From NCBI GenBank assembly GCA_003344405.1, contig NOWV01000002.1:930001-994000 (forward strand): a stretch of DNA of 64,000 bases, in the 5' to 3' direction. This stretch comes from Trichoplax sp. H2 (lineage: Eukaryota). Shown here piece after piece: positions 25,824 through 45,917 of this stretch (the stretch's first letter is position 1; each line of letters starts with the position of its first letter). Made by a program: the position numbers and the translations under genes. The notes below the pieces were generated by a model. It was given only the letters and a program-made list of their open reading frames with translations. It had not been told where the DNA came from and did no database searches.

Positions 25824-28780
25824 GATTGAGCATTGAATTGTAACTAGATTTCTCTCCTATTTGAACATTCTATGACGTTAAAATGAAATCTATGTAATAC
25901 GACGATTTCATATTTCTTACTTTGGCCGTCCAACATGAATAAGGGTGGTCAAAATACCGACTAAATGATTGGATTAAGGATTGTACCGTATCTGCAGCCT
26001 CCATTGTAATTATCGAAATTGACTATTAGATGGAAATTAAGTTTCCATGTTATGGGTATTAATTTCATCTCTTGACTACCACAACAGCTTGATCAAAATA
26101 TCAATCCTGAGGATAGATTCAGAATCGACTGTATTCATTAATTATTAACAGATTTTTTTACGAGATGGAAATTAAATCTGTATTTCTATCATTCTACTAC
26201 AGTAGAAATGAATACTTGAATTGAAGAGAGATGACAAGGGATGATTACTTTCAATCTTTTAGCACTCTCCTATTTTCTACTCTCATTTACTCTTCTTTTC
26301 GTGCATGGTATACTGTCTTGTTTTCAGAAGGTTGTTACACCGCTCCAATATTGTCATAGCTGTAAGATTGCACTATTCGTCAGCTGGTATAATAGTTGAA
26401 TCCTAATTTAAAATGGAAATGAACAGAAAAGAATCTGATCGTAATATCGACCAATGGACCCGTTGTTCGAATCAGTTCGCATCCACTTGAAATTTTAATC
26501 AATTTTTGGATTCCCATTTCTGGTCTGCCTTGCCCTTAATACTTGCTATGATTCGTCTCGTGTCTCATTATTGTTAATGTCTTAAAATATCCTTTCAAAA
26601 CTAGTACAATACCCTAAATACTCTGCCTGTTTTCAATTAGCAGAAAATGATGACATAAACGCACTATGGCAACGAATTACCATGCTATCTATACTGTAGG
26701 CATGTAAAATTTTAAGTTGGTTTGATTTGTAATCGTTTCTTCGCTTTACCTCACCATAAAACTACATCTTCTATCCTCAATGATATTATTAAAGCTACAT
26801 ACTGATGTAAAGTCTTACTTTCTAGCCAATCTTTTTATTTATCACCAAGTATACTAGAGCTGTTACTCCTGAAAAAGTGGACAGTTATTTTATCGTTCTA
26901 CTATTTTAATTTAGTCAAGTCGTTGTTTTTTTCTTTTTCGAAGGCTATTGTTTACTTAATTTTGCCTTGACAACCTATTAAAAGTCGCGAACGGCTATTA
27001 CCGAATTTGTTCTTTTTATAATTATCAGCAGTCTTGATTCATTAATTTGCTATTGGAGTTTAATTTACTTTGAATAACTAATCAATTTTTGACCACCATA
27101 CTGACTGTGATTGTAATATCGACGAAATTTTATACCAACAAGGTAGCAATAACTTGATAATTAGTTTTACTGTAGGTCTTTTGATTTTACTAGAGGAGTG
27201 TTACGGAGTAACTTTTAAGCAGCTGTCGTAACAGATTCCATAAGATAATCTTTCCAAGAATGTATTTACATACCGTTATCTATGATGTTTTACATATTTT
27301 TTAATAGATAACTACATAGCTTTATAATATTATCTATAAACTGATAATAAATGCTTATATCGATTCGTTATAAATTGACTGACTTTTCAATAAAGTTTGG
27401 ATTCAGTTATGTCTTAGACAGACTAGTGATGTTATTATTCCTCCTGACGATAGGAGATTGTCAGTATTTAGCTAAAAGTCGTACTGTAGGTTAATATCAG
27501 GGAGGACAAACCTGACAGTAGATTCGTAGTATAATTTCTACAATATTTTTAGCATTTTCCTCGTTACAAGTTTCGATTTGTAATAAGTAGATAAAAATGA
27601 AATAATCGATTGGATTTACTAACAAATACAGTAGTCAAAGTGAACTTTCTTTATTTCAGACACATAAACAGACTTACTGTACTACATCCCTACTACCGGT
27701 AAAGTCGTTCTCTTGCTGGACATTCTCACCTTTGCATAGCGGTAGCTGCGCCTGTATAGTTAGCACTCACTAAAAGTATCTACTATAATCATCATCTAGC
27801 TTAAATAGGATGGAGATAAAAGATAGTTTTAGCATGATGACAGAATAAGTGGGCTAATTTCGGTCAAGGCAGCGACATGAATGGATGAGTCTAAGTAGCA
27901 GCTATAAATCACTCCTGATGTCTAATGTTTAATTAACATGATTTTGTCTTATTTCACTATGTACATCATAATAGATCCATTATATATTTGTAACTAAGGA
28001 GGTTAGTAAACTGTTTACAAATACCTTTACATAGAGGCATAGTATATAGGTTTCCAGATAGAAGCAAGCACCATGATTATTAAGACTATTATAGTTCTCT
28101 AAAAGGAGAAGTTATAAATGTTTTATAGAATAATGGTAATCATAAATATGGAAAAGTGGTATACAAAAAATTGGCCATAAATTGCAGAAACTGTTTTCGT
28201 AGATCTTTCCCGGATTATCTACTTTAAGTCTATTTATTCATTGGACTTATATCGACTATACGACAAAAGTAAGCTATTCGTCTAATTTATAATAAGGACT
28301 TGGAGGACGGATATTGATTAATTATTCTAAATCTGTCATATCTAATGAACTTTGTACGGTACAGTTACCTGAGTATCCAACCGGCATTTTATGAGCCTAC
28401 TTATCCAAATCTTTTCTATCTAGCTTAGGTAGCGGTCATAATCTTAGATTTTTATCGGCTATTCTCGATCTGTTGAATTAACTAAGATTTATTAACGTAA
28501 CTTACGCCTTACTAGAATGTGTTGTAATCTTTACCTTGTTTCTGATATTGGTTTTAATTGCGGAAATGGATTAATTTTATGAACTGATTTAATTTATCGG
28601 CTAGAACTTACCTATTTGTAAACATCATCCTGAGATCGAAGCTTCTATCTTCGTTTTACTAATTTATTTTTAATCATGAATAAGTTCAAGTCCTTTATAG
28701 CGACTGATTTATCTTCAAATCTATCCAACTCCATTATTTTGATCTACTCTTAATTAAATTTTCAACTTTTTATATAGTAA

Positions 28781-29945
28781 AATTAAATCATCTCGATTTT
28801 AAGTGAATCATTTAACCTAAAATCATGTTAAATGGAGTTTTCGAACTAATCGCGGGAAGTGCCATCTATTTTCATACCTGGAGGTGCCTACCTGATATCA
28901 CAACATGATTATATAAGTTATTTTGCTCGTAGACTCCCGTCTCTGATTGAATCGTAGAATGGATAGTTTTTTTTCCTTATCGATTGACTTGACATTAGTT
29001 TACTAGGTAAATAACAACAAAGTTAAATCATCTCCTCGATTTCACATAAATTATTTGACTCAGAATCACGTTACATGAAAATTTTCAAACTAATTGCGGA
29101 AGTACCATGCTCAAACTTGGTTAGTTGCTATCGCAACAAGATATTATAAATTATTTTCCTCGGAGACTCCCGTCTTGGACAGAATCGTAGAATTGCCTAG
29201 CCTTTTCCTATCAATTGACTAGAACGGATATACTGAGTAAGTAACAAATACATTAAGAGCGAAATTAAATCATCTCCTCGATTCAAGTAAACCATTTAAC
29301 CTAAAATCACCTTAAATGAAATTTTTCGAGCTAATTGTGTCAAGTAACATACTCAAAGGTGCCTGCCTAATTACGATCACAACAAGATCTTATAAATTGT
29401 TTTGCTCATAGAACTTCTATCTTATATAGAATCATAGAAATACGTGGTCTTTCCCCATCGACTGAATTGGGTTGATTTACTGACTAAATAAGAGCAAAAT
29501 CTAATCATCTTGATTTCAAGTAAACCATTTAAACTAGAATCACGTTAAATTAAAATTTTCAAAATAATCGCTGAAAGTATCATCTGTTTGCATGCCTGAA
29601 GGTACCTAGCTAGTAACACAACAAGAACTTATAAGTTATTTTGCGCATAGACTCCAGTCTCAAATGGAATCGTAGATATGCGAATTTTTTACCTATCAAT
29701 TGACTAGGATTGATTTGCTGAGTAAATAACAGCAAAATTATTAATTCAGAATTATATTTAATGGAATCTTTCGAACTAATTGCGGAATGTATCATCTGTT
29801 TTCAAATCTGAAGGTGCCTAGCTAATATGACAACAACATCTTAAAAATTATTTTACTCATAGACTCCCGCTCCAGGTAGAATCGTCGGTATGAGTTTTGT
29901 CTTTTCCCTATCGATTAACTAAGATTGATTTGCTGAATAAATAAT
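28781..29945. repeat. Degenerate tandem array, 5 copies of ~240 bp
   Basis: Units start near 28781, 29021, 29263, 29498 and 29736. They share ttaaatcatctc, ttttc.aactaat.gc, cacaacaagat, agactccc.tct...gaatcgtaga and tatc.attgact. Confidence 0.9.
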
Positions 29946-31251
29946 AATACTGAAAAAGGCAAAAACCTATTTGTACCTTTTTAGGGAGGTCTAGTAAGAT
30001 TCAGCTGTAACTGCCTACATAAATTGATGTCTACGCCGTCTATTGAACTACTTAACCTGATATATATTAATTACGATCACTGATGTAAGTCAGTGTTTCT
30101 TAAAGTGTTTATAAAATTGATATGACTTAGATATGATCATAGGCATTAATAAAAATTTCCGTAGTCTTGTTTGATTTGATAAAATTCTATATTAGATTGT
30201 GAATATTGACTCGGTATTGTCCTACAAATCCCTCTTTTCAGGTTTTTACAACTCAATGCTATTGCAATAAACATAGAAGGAAATTTTTATTCTGTTTAAT
30301 TTGCATCATTTAGTTATGAATATAGCTATAACTCTGATATTCTTAAGGTGATCTAATTTAATATAGCTAAAGTTATGAATTTATAATAGATAGAGCAACA
30401 CTTGATATTATAAAGCCTGTTGAATTTAATTTAGCACATTTATATCGGCCGATAATTTAGATTGGATTCAGTTCTGATTGCAAATATTTTTCCGTTATTT
30501 CAATTGGACAGGATTGAATGTAGTAGTGACTTACTCAATGCTGATAAGTACTTTTCATTTTGTCTAATTTGCTTTAATTCGGCTATAGTCCAAGATACCA
30601 AGAGCTATTTTGGTTGAATGGTTAATTTGATATAGTTAAGGCGTGATGTTGTAGACTTGACTTAATATTTCTTGTTCTATCTAACTAAATATCATTCATG
30701 TACAATGATATTCATAGACAAATCTTTCCTTATCTGTTTAATTTGATGTAGTGAGTAAATATCAAGATTGCCTTTGAAGAGGAGTGATTTCATTTTATTC
30801 CGGGTGATGATTCAAGCACACATAATTTTTTATCCTCATCTATTTTTAAAACATTGCTATTATACTGCGATATTACTTTTAAATCTTGACATAAATGGTA
30901 GTATTTTTGACGCTAGAGTGATTTTTGGTCCTTGATTGTCTATTCTTAAAAATTGAATAGTTTCACGGCAATATCAGCTCTGATTTTTCCTTCAATTCTG
31001 GTTATAAATTACATCGACAACTTTATTTACCAGTTACATATTGATAGTCTATTTGACTCAAGATTCAGATACTCATGATCATTTGAGTCATTTTTTTAAT
31101 TCTATTTCATAGTAATATCGAGGATTAAATATCTGCTCTTTTCGATTACAGATCGATCTTAACGGACTAATTATCTTTATAAAATTGGAAAAAAAGAGCT
31201 TACATATCAACAACCGGCGTTGAATAAAGCTTTTAGGACTAAATCTAAAAA

Positions 31252-34200
31252 ATGGTAAGTTCTCAAGAAAATGAAATATCTATAAAGTAACTCTCGTTGG
31301 AACAGTAGTGATAGTGTGAAATTATCTCTTATTATTCAATTTTCCTTTCCAATTCAGTCTTTAAAAAGTTCTCGATTGTTATTGCATCATCCTTTAGTTA
31401 TATATGTCACGTAGCGAACGTATACACTATAACTAATTTAGAGCATCAGATGCCGTGCAGTCAAAATATAAATAATTTAGATCAATTTCTCATCATACCG
31501 ATATATTTCGTGATATAATTTTTTGCAACCAATTAGGACAGATTTTATTTATTTTTAGATTAATCTTGACTCTTAATGCTTTTACATTTTTGTTATATCG
31601 TTATAAATATGAACAGTATGGATTAATTAATCACATCATTCAAGCACTACTGAAGACTAAATTCGGCAATGAATTCTGGGAAAAAATTAGGTGAATAATT
31701 TGCCCCCAGCAACTGGATAATCAATTATGAATAAAATAGTGAAAATTTGGCCATTGTAGACCATATAAAAGTCGATAATTATATCTTTTAGGTTAATTTT
31801 ACCTGATTGTACCATTATTTGTTAATATAGGTATTCTCATATATGACCGATAATATACAAGACTATCGATAGGCTAGCTTTAACCGATATTAATAGCTAA
31901 ATATCGTAGAGCATATGAAAAATAATGATATCAATTTAGATCAATTTGATCTTTATATATCATCATTCACCTGTATATTCTTGTACAAAATTAATAATCT
32001 GCAAGACAACATAAGATTTTTTTTAATAAACAGTGATATATTCAATGCATCTCTTTAGAGAATATATAAATAATTGTAGATTGATAACCTACCAGACTGC
32101 AAGATAGTTTTGACTAATAATACATTCATATGGTAAAATTAAAATAATAAGTATAGTACATCTGTTAAAAAAATTTATATATTTAGTGATTTTTTTCCCC
32201 ATGCTGATTTGTAGAAATAAGATGGGTCATTTACCTGATGAATTTGAAATTCAAAAATTATATGATGATAAGGTTACTTACGACATGGTTAAAAAAACTG
32301 CTCGAGATACAGGTAATCAGTTTTTGAAAGGGAGTATCCATCCTAACTTGGCTCTACTGTACTGTATAATTATTGCGAATTATCTTTAATTCCATATATA
32401 TTCTGTTCTGTTTATCAATAACCCTTAGCTACTTCACATTTATAACCGTCCCTATCATTTATGGATCACCCATGATGCTGATAATTACACATTTTGTTTA
32501 TTTATACATATGCTTCTCTTGTATTCTTCTTGCTGCTATATACAGTATTAAGTATATCGAATTATATTGCTCGCATATTTTATTTATCATCATCCTTTAT
32601 TTCTTTATATTTTGTAAATATGGCTTCTATTTATGAGTTATTGCTGATTACAGTATTGGAAAATTGCATAACTTACTTCTAAATACCTATTCCTTTCTTC
32701 ATATTTCTCAGGATTACACATATCAATTTAGTGCTACTAAATCATAAATTACACGATCTACTTCATTTACATATCATTCTTTTTTCTATTCTTCGATAAT
32801 TATAATTGATACTGCAGTTGATTTAGTACTAGTAATCTCCAGTTATATGAGCTACTTATTCCATTTATCATCTTTCTCTTTGCCTTTGCATATATTTTTT
32901 TGCCGTTTGTTTAGGATTGATAATATTAAATCATGTAACATGTTCCATTAATACTTAGCACCACAACGTTTTATTTCAGATTAGCAATGTTAAATGAACT
33001 GATTTCATTACTGATCGTTAAGTCTATCAATATAATTTATCATTCATATAGGATTAACGGTAGATGAAATTTTTGAATTGATCGGCCCCTGTTGGTTGGA
33101 TTGGATCGAAACTAGCCCTTACGCTACCTTAATTCACGTTATTGGCCCTAATTTATATTGTTTATTAAATAATTTAAACACATTATATAATCACTTAGGA
33201 ACGTCATTTACTCATATGATGCCACCTGAATTTAAATGTCAAGAAACACAAGATCCACAAGTTTATCGGCTTCATTATTATTCTAATCGTAAGCATTTAA
33301 AGGGTATGGCTATCGGCATTATTAGAGATATTGCACGTAGTTTATACAATTTAAAGATTGACATTACCGTCTTATACGATGGCATTGCTGAAAATCGTTT
33401 AGCTTATAAAAATCATATTATATTAGAAATCCATGAACTTGGCCCATACAATACTAGTCGGCCAATGAAAGCAACTATTAGTTCAGCTGAATTAAAATTA
33501 TTAACATCGACCGATAGTTTAGCTTGGCATCTTGGTGAAGATGAGAGTAATGGTTGTTATATTTCTGATCAAATTTTTAATAGTATCTTTCCCTTTCATA
33601 TCGTATTCGATAATGAATTGAAAATTAGAAGGATTGGTAATAGTTTAGCCAAGAAATTGCCTCAAATCCAATGTAATAGCAATTATCGTCCACGTCTCAA
33701 TGAGTTATTTCAATGTTTAAAACCACCCTTAATGTTGACATTAACCAATATATTAGACAATATCAATAGCGATTTTATTATGGAAGCAATTGATCAAGAA
33801 AGTCTTGGGCATTACCAAACATTTCAATTAAAGGGGCAAATGATTCGATTGGTCGATAATAATTCATATATTTTATTTATGTCATCACTTGTAGTTAAGA
33901 AATTAGTTGATTTAAAACGGCAAGGGTTTTATATTAGTGATTTTCCACTGCATGATAAAAGTCGTGATTTACTATTGCTTCAGCAATATCATCAAGTAGA
34001 GCAAGATTTAAACGTACAAGTAGAACGATTAACAGCACAATTACACCAAACGACAAGATTACTTCAAGCTGAAAAATCAAAAGTGAACCAACTGATGTCA
34101 TCCATGATGCCTGCAGCGATGCAAAAATTATATCAAGATGGACAAATAGTACGAGCACAAAATTGTCCTCAAGTTAGTTTATTAGTGGCTAGTTTGATTG

Positions 34201-37200
34201 GTGTAACAACGTTATGCCAGGAGAAAGATCCGGTTGAAATCATCGATTTTTTAAATATATTATTGGCTCAATTTGACAGCTTGCTAGATACTTCATCTAT
34301 TTATAAAGTAAGTGTCATGATTATTTACTTCTTTATATTTAGTTATCAATTTAGAGTAAAAATTTTTCATTAACTATATCGATGTTTTCGTCCAGTAACA
34401 TCGTAAAGAATGAAATTAAATTTAGTAGCTATCCATGTATTTCATGTATTCGAATCTTGTAAACTTCCTTTTCACTATTGGCTATAAAAAAGTACGAATT
34501 ATTGCGTTGAAAGAGAATCATTTAAGCCGTAGAATATTATTAGTCTTAATTTAACTATCAGTTGATAGTAAATAGTAGCTTAATAGCGTGCAGGAATATC
34601 AACGTAGGCATAATACAAATAAGTTTGAGTTTACTACTAGTACTCTGTATTGCAAGTGTTTTACTATGTCACAAGTTCTTCCACTCCATCCTTAAATGTG
34701 CAGAGATGTCGATAGTAAATTTTTCTGCACAATTAGAACCCGATAAAGCAATAATGCTAATTTAGTTAAAAGTGAGGAATCTCTGCAAATTAGAGTAGCT
34801 CCTGGATCTGATTGCGTACTATATCCTTTCTAACTGCTATACTTTATGCAATTAAGCATTCAGTTTCAGAAGTTATTATTATAAAAGAAATTGCTGTTCA
34901 CTAATATACGAGGCTTTTAGATAACTTTACAAGAGCGACAGGATAATAAACAATTTAGCTCCGAAAATAATCATTAACAGATAGATCGCTAGTATCTACT
35001 TAATTTTTCTAATGAATAATGCATTAGCTACTCTTTAGCAGATCTAATCGGAGGAATACTTGCTATACACATTATCGAATACATCAATGTCAATTTAATA
35101 AGACGATTACTTTTTAGTAGTTACTATTCTGTCATTAGATCAAAGCAATTTAGAAATTTACATGGCTTAGTGAATATTTACAATATTATTAAAATATTTG
35201 TACCCATTTATTAAATTTATAGTGTATAATTTGTTCTATTTATTATGCCTATAATTAGATTGATGCAATCACATGAATTACTAGATGAATATTTAAAACA
35301 TTTCTACAGACAGCAATGTCAATTTACTAAAATCACACGAGATTATTCATATCAATTTTATTATTTAATCAGGTTGAAACAATTGGTGACATTTATATGG
35401 TCATTAGTGGATTATCGCAGTCACGAGACGATCATGCTGAGATTGTTGCTCAGTTAGGATTGAATATGCTCGATCAAGTGGATTCCTTATTGTCACTTGA
35501 TGATAATCGTTCTATTCAGGTAAGCCTTGCTAAAGTGAAAGCCTAGTGAAAGTTGTATCAAATAGTAGACTACAAGATTATATTGTTGAGTAACATTAAG
35601 GCTAAAGAATGTATATAGATCATGATTTTTGATATATGACGCAGTTGTACTAGCATTTTTGCACATTACCTATAAGATATTGACGCGTCCCTAGATATAA
35701 AGTATAAACTGATCATGTTCTACTACTAATTTAAAGAACAATTGATAGCTCAAATTTTATAACTATAGTTCCATTTTATATTGCCTATGATTAAAGCTTC
35801 GAATAGGTATCCATTCTGGCTCGGTAATTACGGGAGTCATCAAAAATGCGGTACCTCGATATAGTGTCTTTGGTAATGCAGTTAAATTTGCTGGTCGCAT
35901 CGAAAGTTATGGAGTACCTGGAACCATCCACATTAGCTCGGCAACACAACAGTAAGATGTTGATTCATGACGATTAGAGAATAAGTCAGAATGGATTTCA
36001 ATTGCAAATACTGTAGTTAATTTAAAAGCTTAGTTAGAAATGGATTATATAGAGTGAATTAAGTAACAGAAACTGATATAACACAAAACAAACCATATTC
36101 TCTAAGATGTAGGAAATCAAAACAAGAGCAATTCTAACATTATAAATCTAAACAATCAGTAAAAGCTGAGTTAAATGATACGTCTTTTAATCTATAAAAT
36201 GTATCATACGCGTGTAAATAAGAGCTCATATATCGACTTGCATAGCTTTAAACAAAGTTAGAATATGAAGAGAAGATGTAACCAATGGCAGATAGAATAA
36301 ATAAAAGTAGATTCCCAGATAAAATTAGCACATGCAGTTAATAACCATAATCGATAGCCAATAACCATGGCCAAAAATAAATCAGTCTACCGATTACGAC
36401 TTAAATTTTATTGAACGCCTTATAACAAAACTTGTTCTTCTAATGGTAATTAGAGTGTAGATCACACATGTAATTTTATGATAGCAGATTTTATCACCGA
36501 TTCTCTATCGTTTGAAAAACTACGTAGTAGTACAACAAGCTCTGGCAAACAAGGAAAACTTCCTACAATAGCAGATCTTAGAAAGAAAGAACTAAGAACA
36601 ACAATAACAGAAAAGCTTAACTGCTTAAATACGTTATCTAACTTGTTTAAAAATAAAAATTGCGAAAAGCATCACTTAACACTTATAAAACTTAATATGA
36701 GAATAAAATTTTATGATTAATATCATATTCTATGAAGCTGAAATCAACATACTTGAATTATCATAAACATTACATTTATATATACCTATTATTGTCAATA
36801 GTCCTAGATTTTGCTATTATTTTTAAGTTATGTCTAATTCACATCTATATAACAAGTTGACAACAATAGCTTATCCAACAGCTCCACTGCACGCCTCTAC
36901 ATATTTTTTAATTTATCAATTATAAAGCTATATCTTTGAACAATATTTAATTACTATCGAGATTGTAAAAATGAGATTTAAAGAATTATAGTTGTAAATG
37001 ATCATGCAGTATATTATCTTTACACAATAAATTTTATTTATAGAAGCGTTATTAATTACAAGATATTTTTGACCACTAACACTAATATTTAATATCGAAA
37101 CTCTGGATATATCATCATTTATTTAATCCATACATAATACAAAGTGTTTTATTTTTGCAGGTTACTCAAAGGTAACGAACAGTTTCAATTACAAGAACGA

Positions 37201-37746
37201 GGTGAAATGATAGTCATCGGTAAAGAAGTCACGAAAACCTATTTTGTCTTACGAAGAAATCAAGTTAGTATCACAGAAGACATTATTGCTGATTCCAACG
37301 ACGGTCAAAGTGATAGAGACAGACCGGTAGAATGGACAATTACCTATAAAAGTTTACAAATTACAGATTCCAATTCCTCATCATTGAAAGCAGGCCACAA
37401 AAAGTATAGCAAAATACTAAATCCTCGCAATCGTTCAAATGGAATCGAAATCAATAATATCAGTACTAATTATCAAAATCGCGATAGCGGAGATAATGTT
37501 TCTAGTAATCAACAAAATTTATTAAATAATAATAATGTTGGCTCTCCATCAAGCACTACACCAATCGTTAATATCATTTCAGATGTCCCTGTTAATCAGC
37601 TTATGAATTCTACATTAGAAGAATTTAGTAGTGATGCGGGAACGTGCACGACAACAATCGCATTTGAAGATAATTTAGATTCCAAAAATCGAAAAGTTGT
37701 TGACACTGTTGCTGGCTCTAAAACTGCTATTTGCAACATCGCCTAA
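31252..37746 (+). CDS. Soluble guanylate cyclase, beta-type/atypical (H-NOX, PAS/HNOBA, coiled coil, cyclase domain, CaaX tail)
   Basis: Exons: ATG only at 31252-31254, then 31617-31690 ([17 protein letters not shown]), 32215-32312 ([10 protein letters not shown]), 33052-34307 ([36 protein letters not shown]), 35373-35519 (VETIGDIYM), 35797-35951 ([16 protein letters not shown]) and 37161-37746 ([14 protein letters not shown]). Confidence 0.95.
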
Positions 37747-39431
37747 TACGCCAATTTTATTAGTGATTTATAACCGAAATCGATGGCCAAAATATTCCGC
37801 GTTTCAAGGTTTAATTCAATGGCTAGCTCGTTTAACTTATAAATTTAATTTATGAATTTATAGCTATTTATTCCGTAGCTTTGCTGTAGTTACTTGCAGA
37901 TAATAATCATTGCAAGCTGATTTATTTTACAGCGGTATATTAATTAATAATCAATATTCTTGTGATATTAACAATCATTTAATAGCAATATAAACTGTAT
38001 CTTAGTTGCTCATGTTGATGTATTGCGGTAATAATCATCCTAGCATCACTTACATAGTCTGGGTCAAATCTGCTAGGTGAATTAATGCTGCTCAATAATT
38101 GACTTTAAAATGAATTACCTGCTATTCATACGTAAATATTCCTTGTATAGCAGATAAAATTGTATTAGTTTGATAATAATCACTCTTAATATTCTTGAAA
38201 ATTATTTCCAATGTTAAATAATGATAATTTGGATGACGTACAAGTATTAACTATAATTTCTAATTACCATAGCTGAACCTCTTCCATCTATATAGCAGGT
38301 TAAATTATCAAATTAAAATTCTATTAGCTATCGTATTCATCATTAATAGCTCTAAAAGGCTGTCTATTGGGCAATTTTTATACTAAGTTTGTAAAGGGAT
38401 CGCAAATAAAATGTTGCTACGTAAAATAGCATATACACAAGTAACATAATAAGAATACTTACGTCGTATGTGTAAGCTTACAACAAGATATATTGTGTAG
38501 AAAAGAAACTAAAACTTGAACTTACGAATTTGGGTAGAATTTCCAAATATTGTAAACGTAAAATATAAGAAATAAATGACATGTATATATATATTTATTT
38601 CTGATATAGCAGAATGAAGAATATTCAATTAGCATTTATGAATTAATAGAAATTATCTAGTGGATTCCATAAAATATTTAGAACTTGTATTTACCTCTCT
38701 GAAGCATCTACGATCACATATGATTAACTAGTAGTGAGTGATATTATTTCGAAGATCTTCACCTAGAAATCATTTAGATATCTGCATATGGGTACAAAGT
38801 AAAACCTTATCATGCCGCCATCAAAGTTACTGTAGATGTATCAATAATGAAATTAATAAATCCGAACCATTATAGCCCTTAAAATATTAAATTTCTACGT
38901 GCAATAATTAATAATGTAATTTGACCCGACTTAGAAACCATAAAAACGAAATAAGACTTGTATTAATTCCAGTATTTTAGCACTGCAATCAAGACACTTC
39001 ATCTAAATATATTAACAGTAAAAATCCTCACCAAGAAAATTAATAGCAAACAATACCATAATTGGGGTGTGCTTTTACTCGCTTGAGTAACTAACATACT
39101 GTTATAATAATGTAGCTATTCCATATCAAATCTCAATACGTTGATCATCTTAGTTTAGATGATCTGGTTAATCATAAAAATTGAGTTATTTGCGAATATA
39201 CAAATCACATAACTGAAAAAATTTAAACGAGAATATCAATGTACGATAACTCGCACATATATGAAATAAAGATTTATTCACTAATCATATACTTATTACA
39301 TCAGCCTAGTAGAGCAATACTCATTCGACGTCGGTCTTAACGAAATATTTTGCGTTGCAGCGAAATTTTTATAATCACTCCATGATTTTAAAGATAAAGC
39401 CTTGCAAAAATATCATTGCAAGGTGGCATTT

Positions 39432-45917
<6,486 letters not shown>

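Noticed and set aside
32373..32682. Hydrophobic ORFs that look like membrane proteins
   Set aside because: T-rich intron of the sGC gene with non-ATG starts; a composition artefact.
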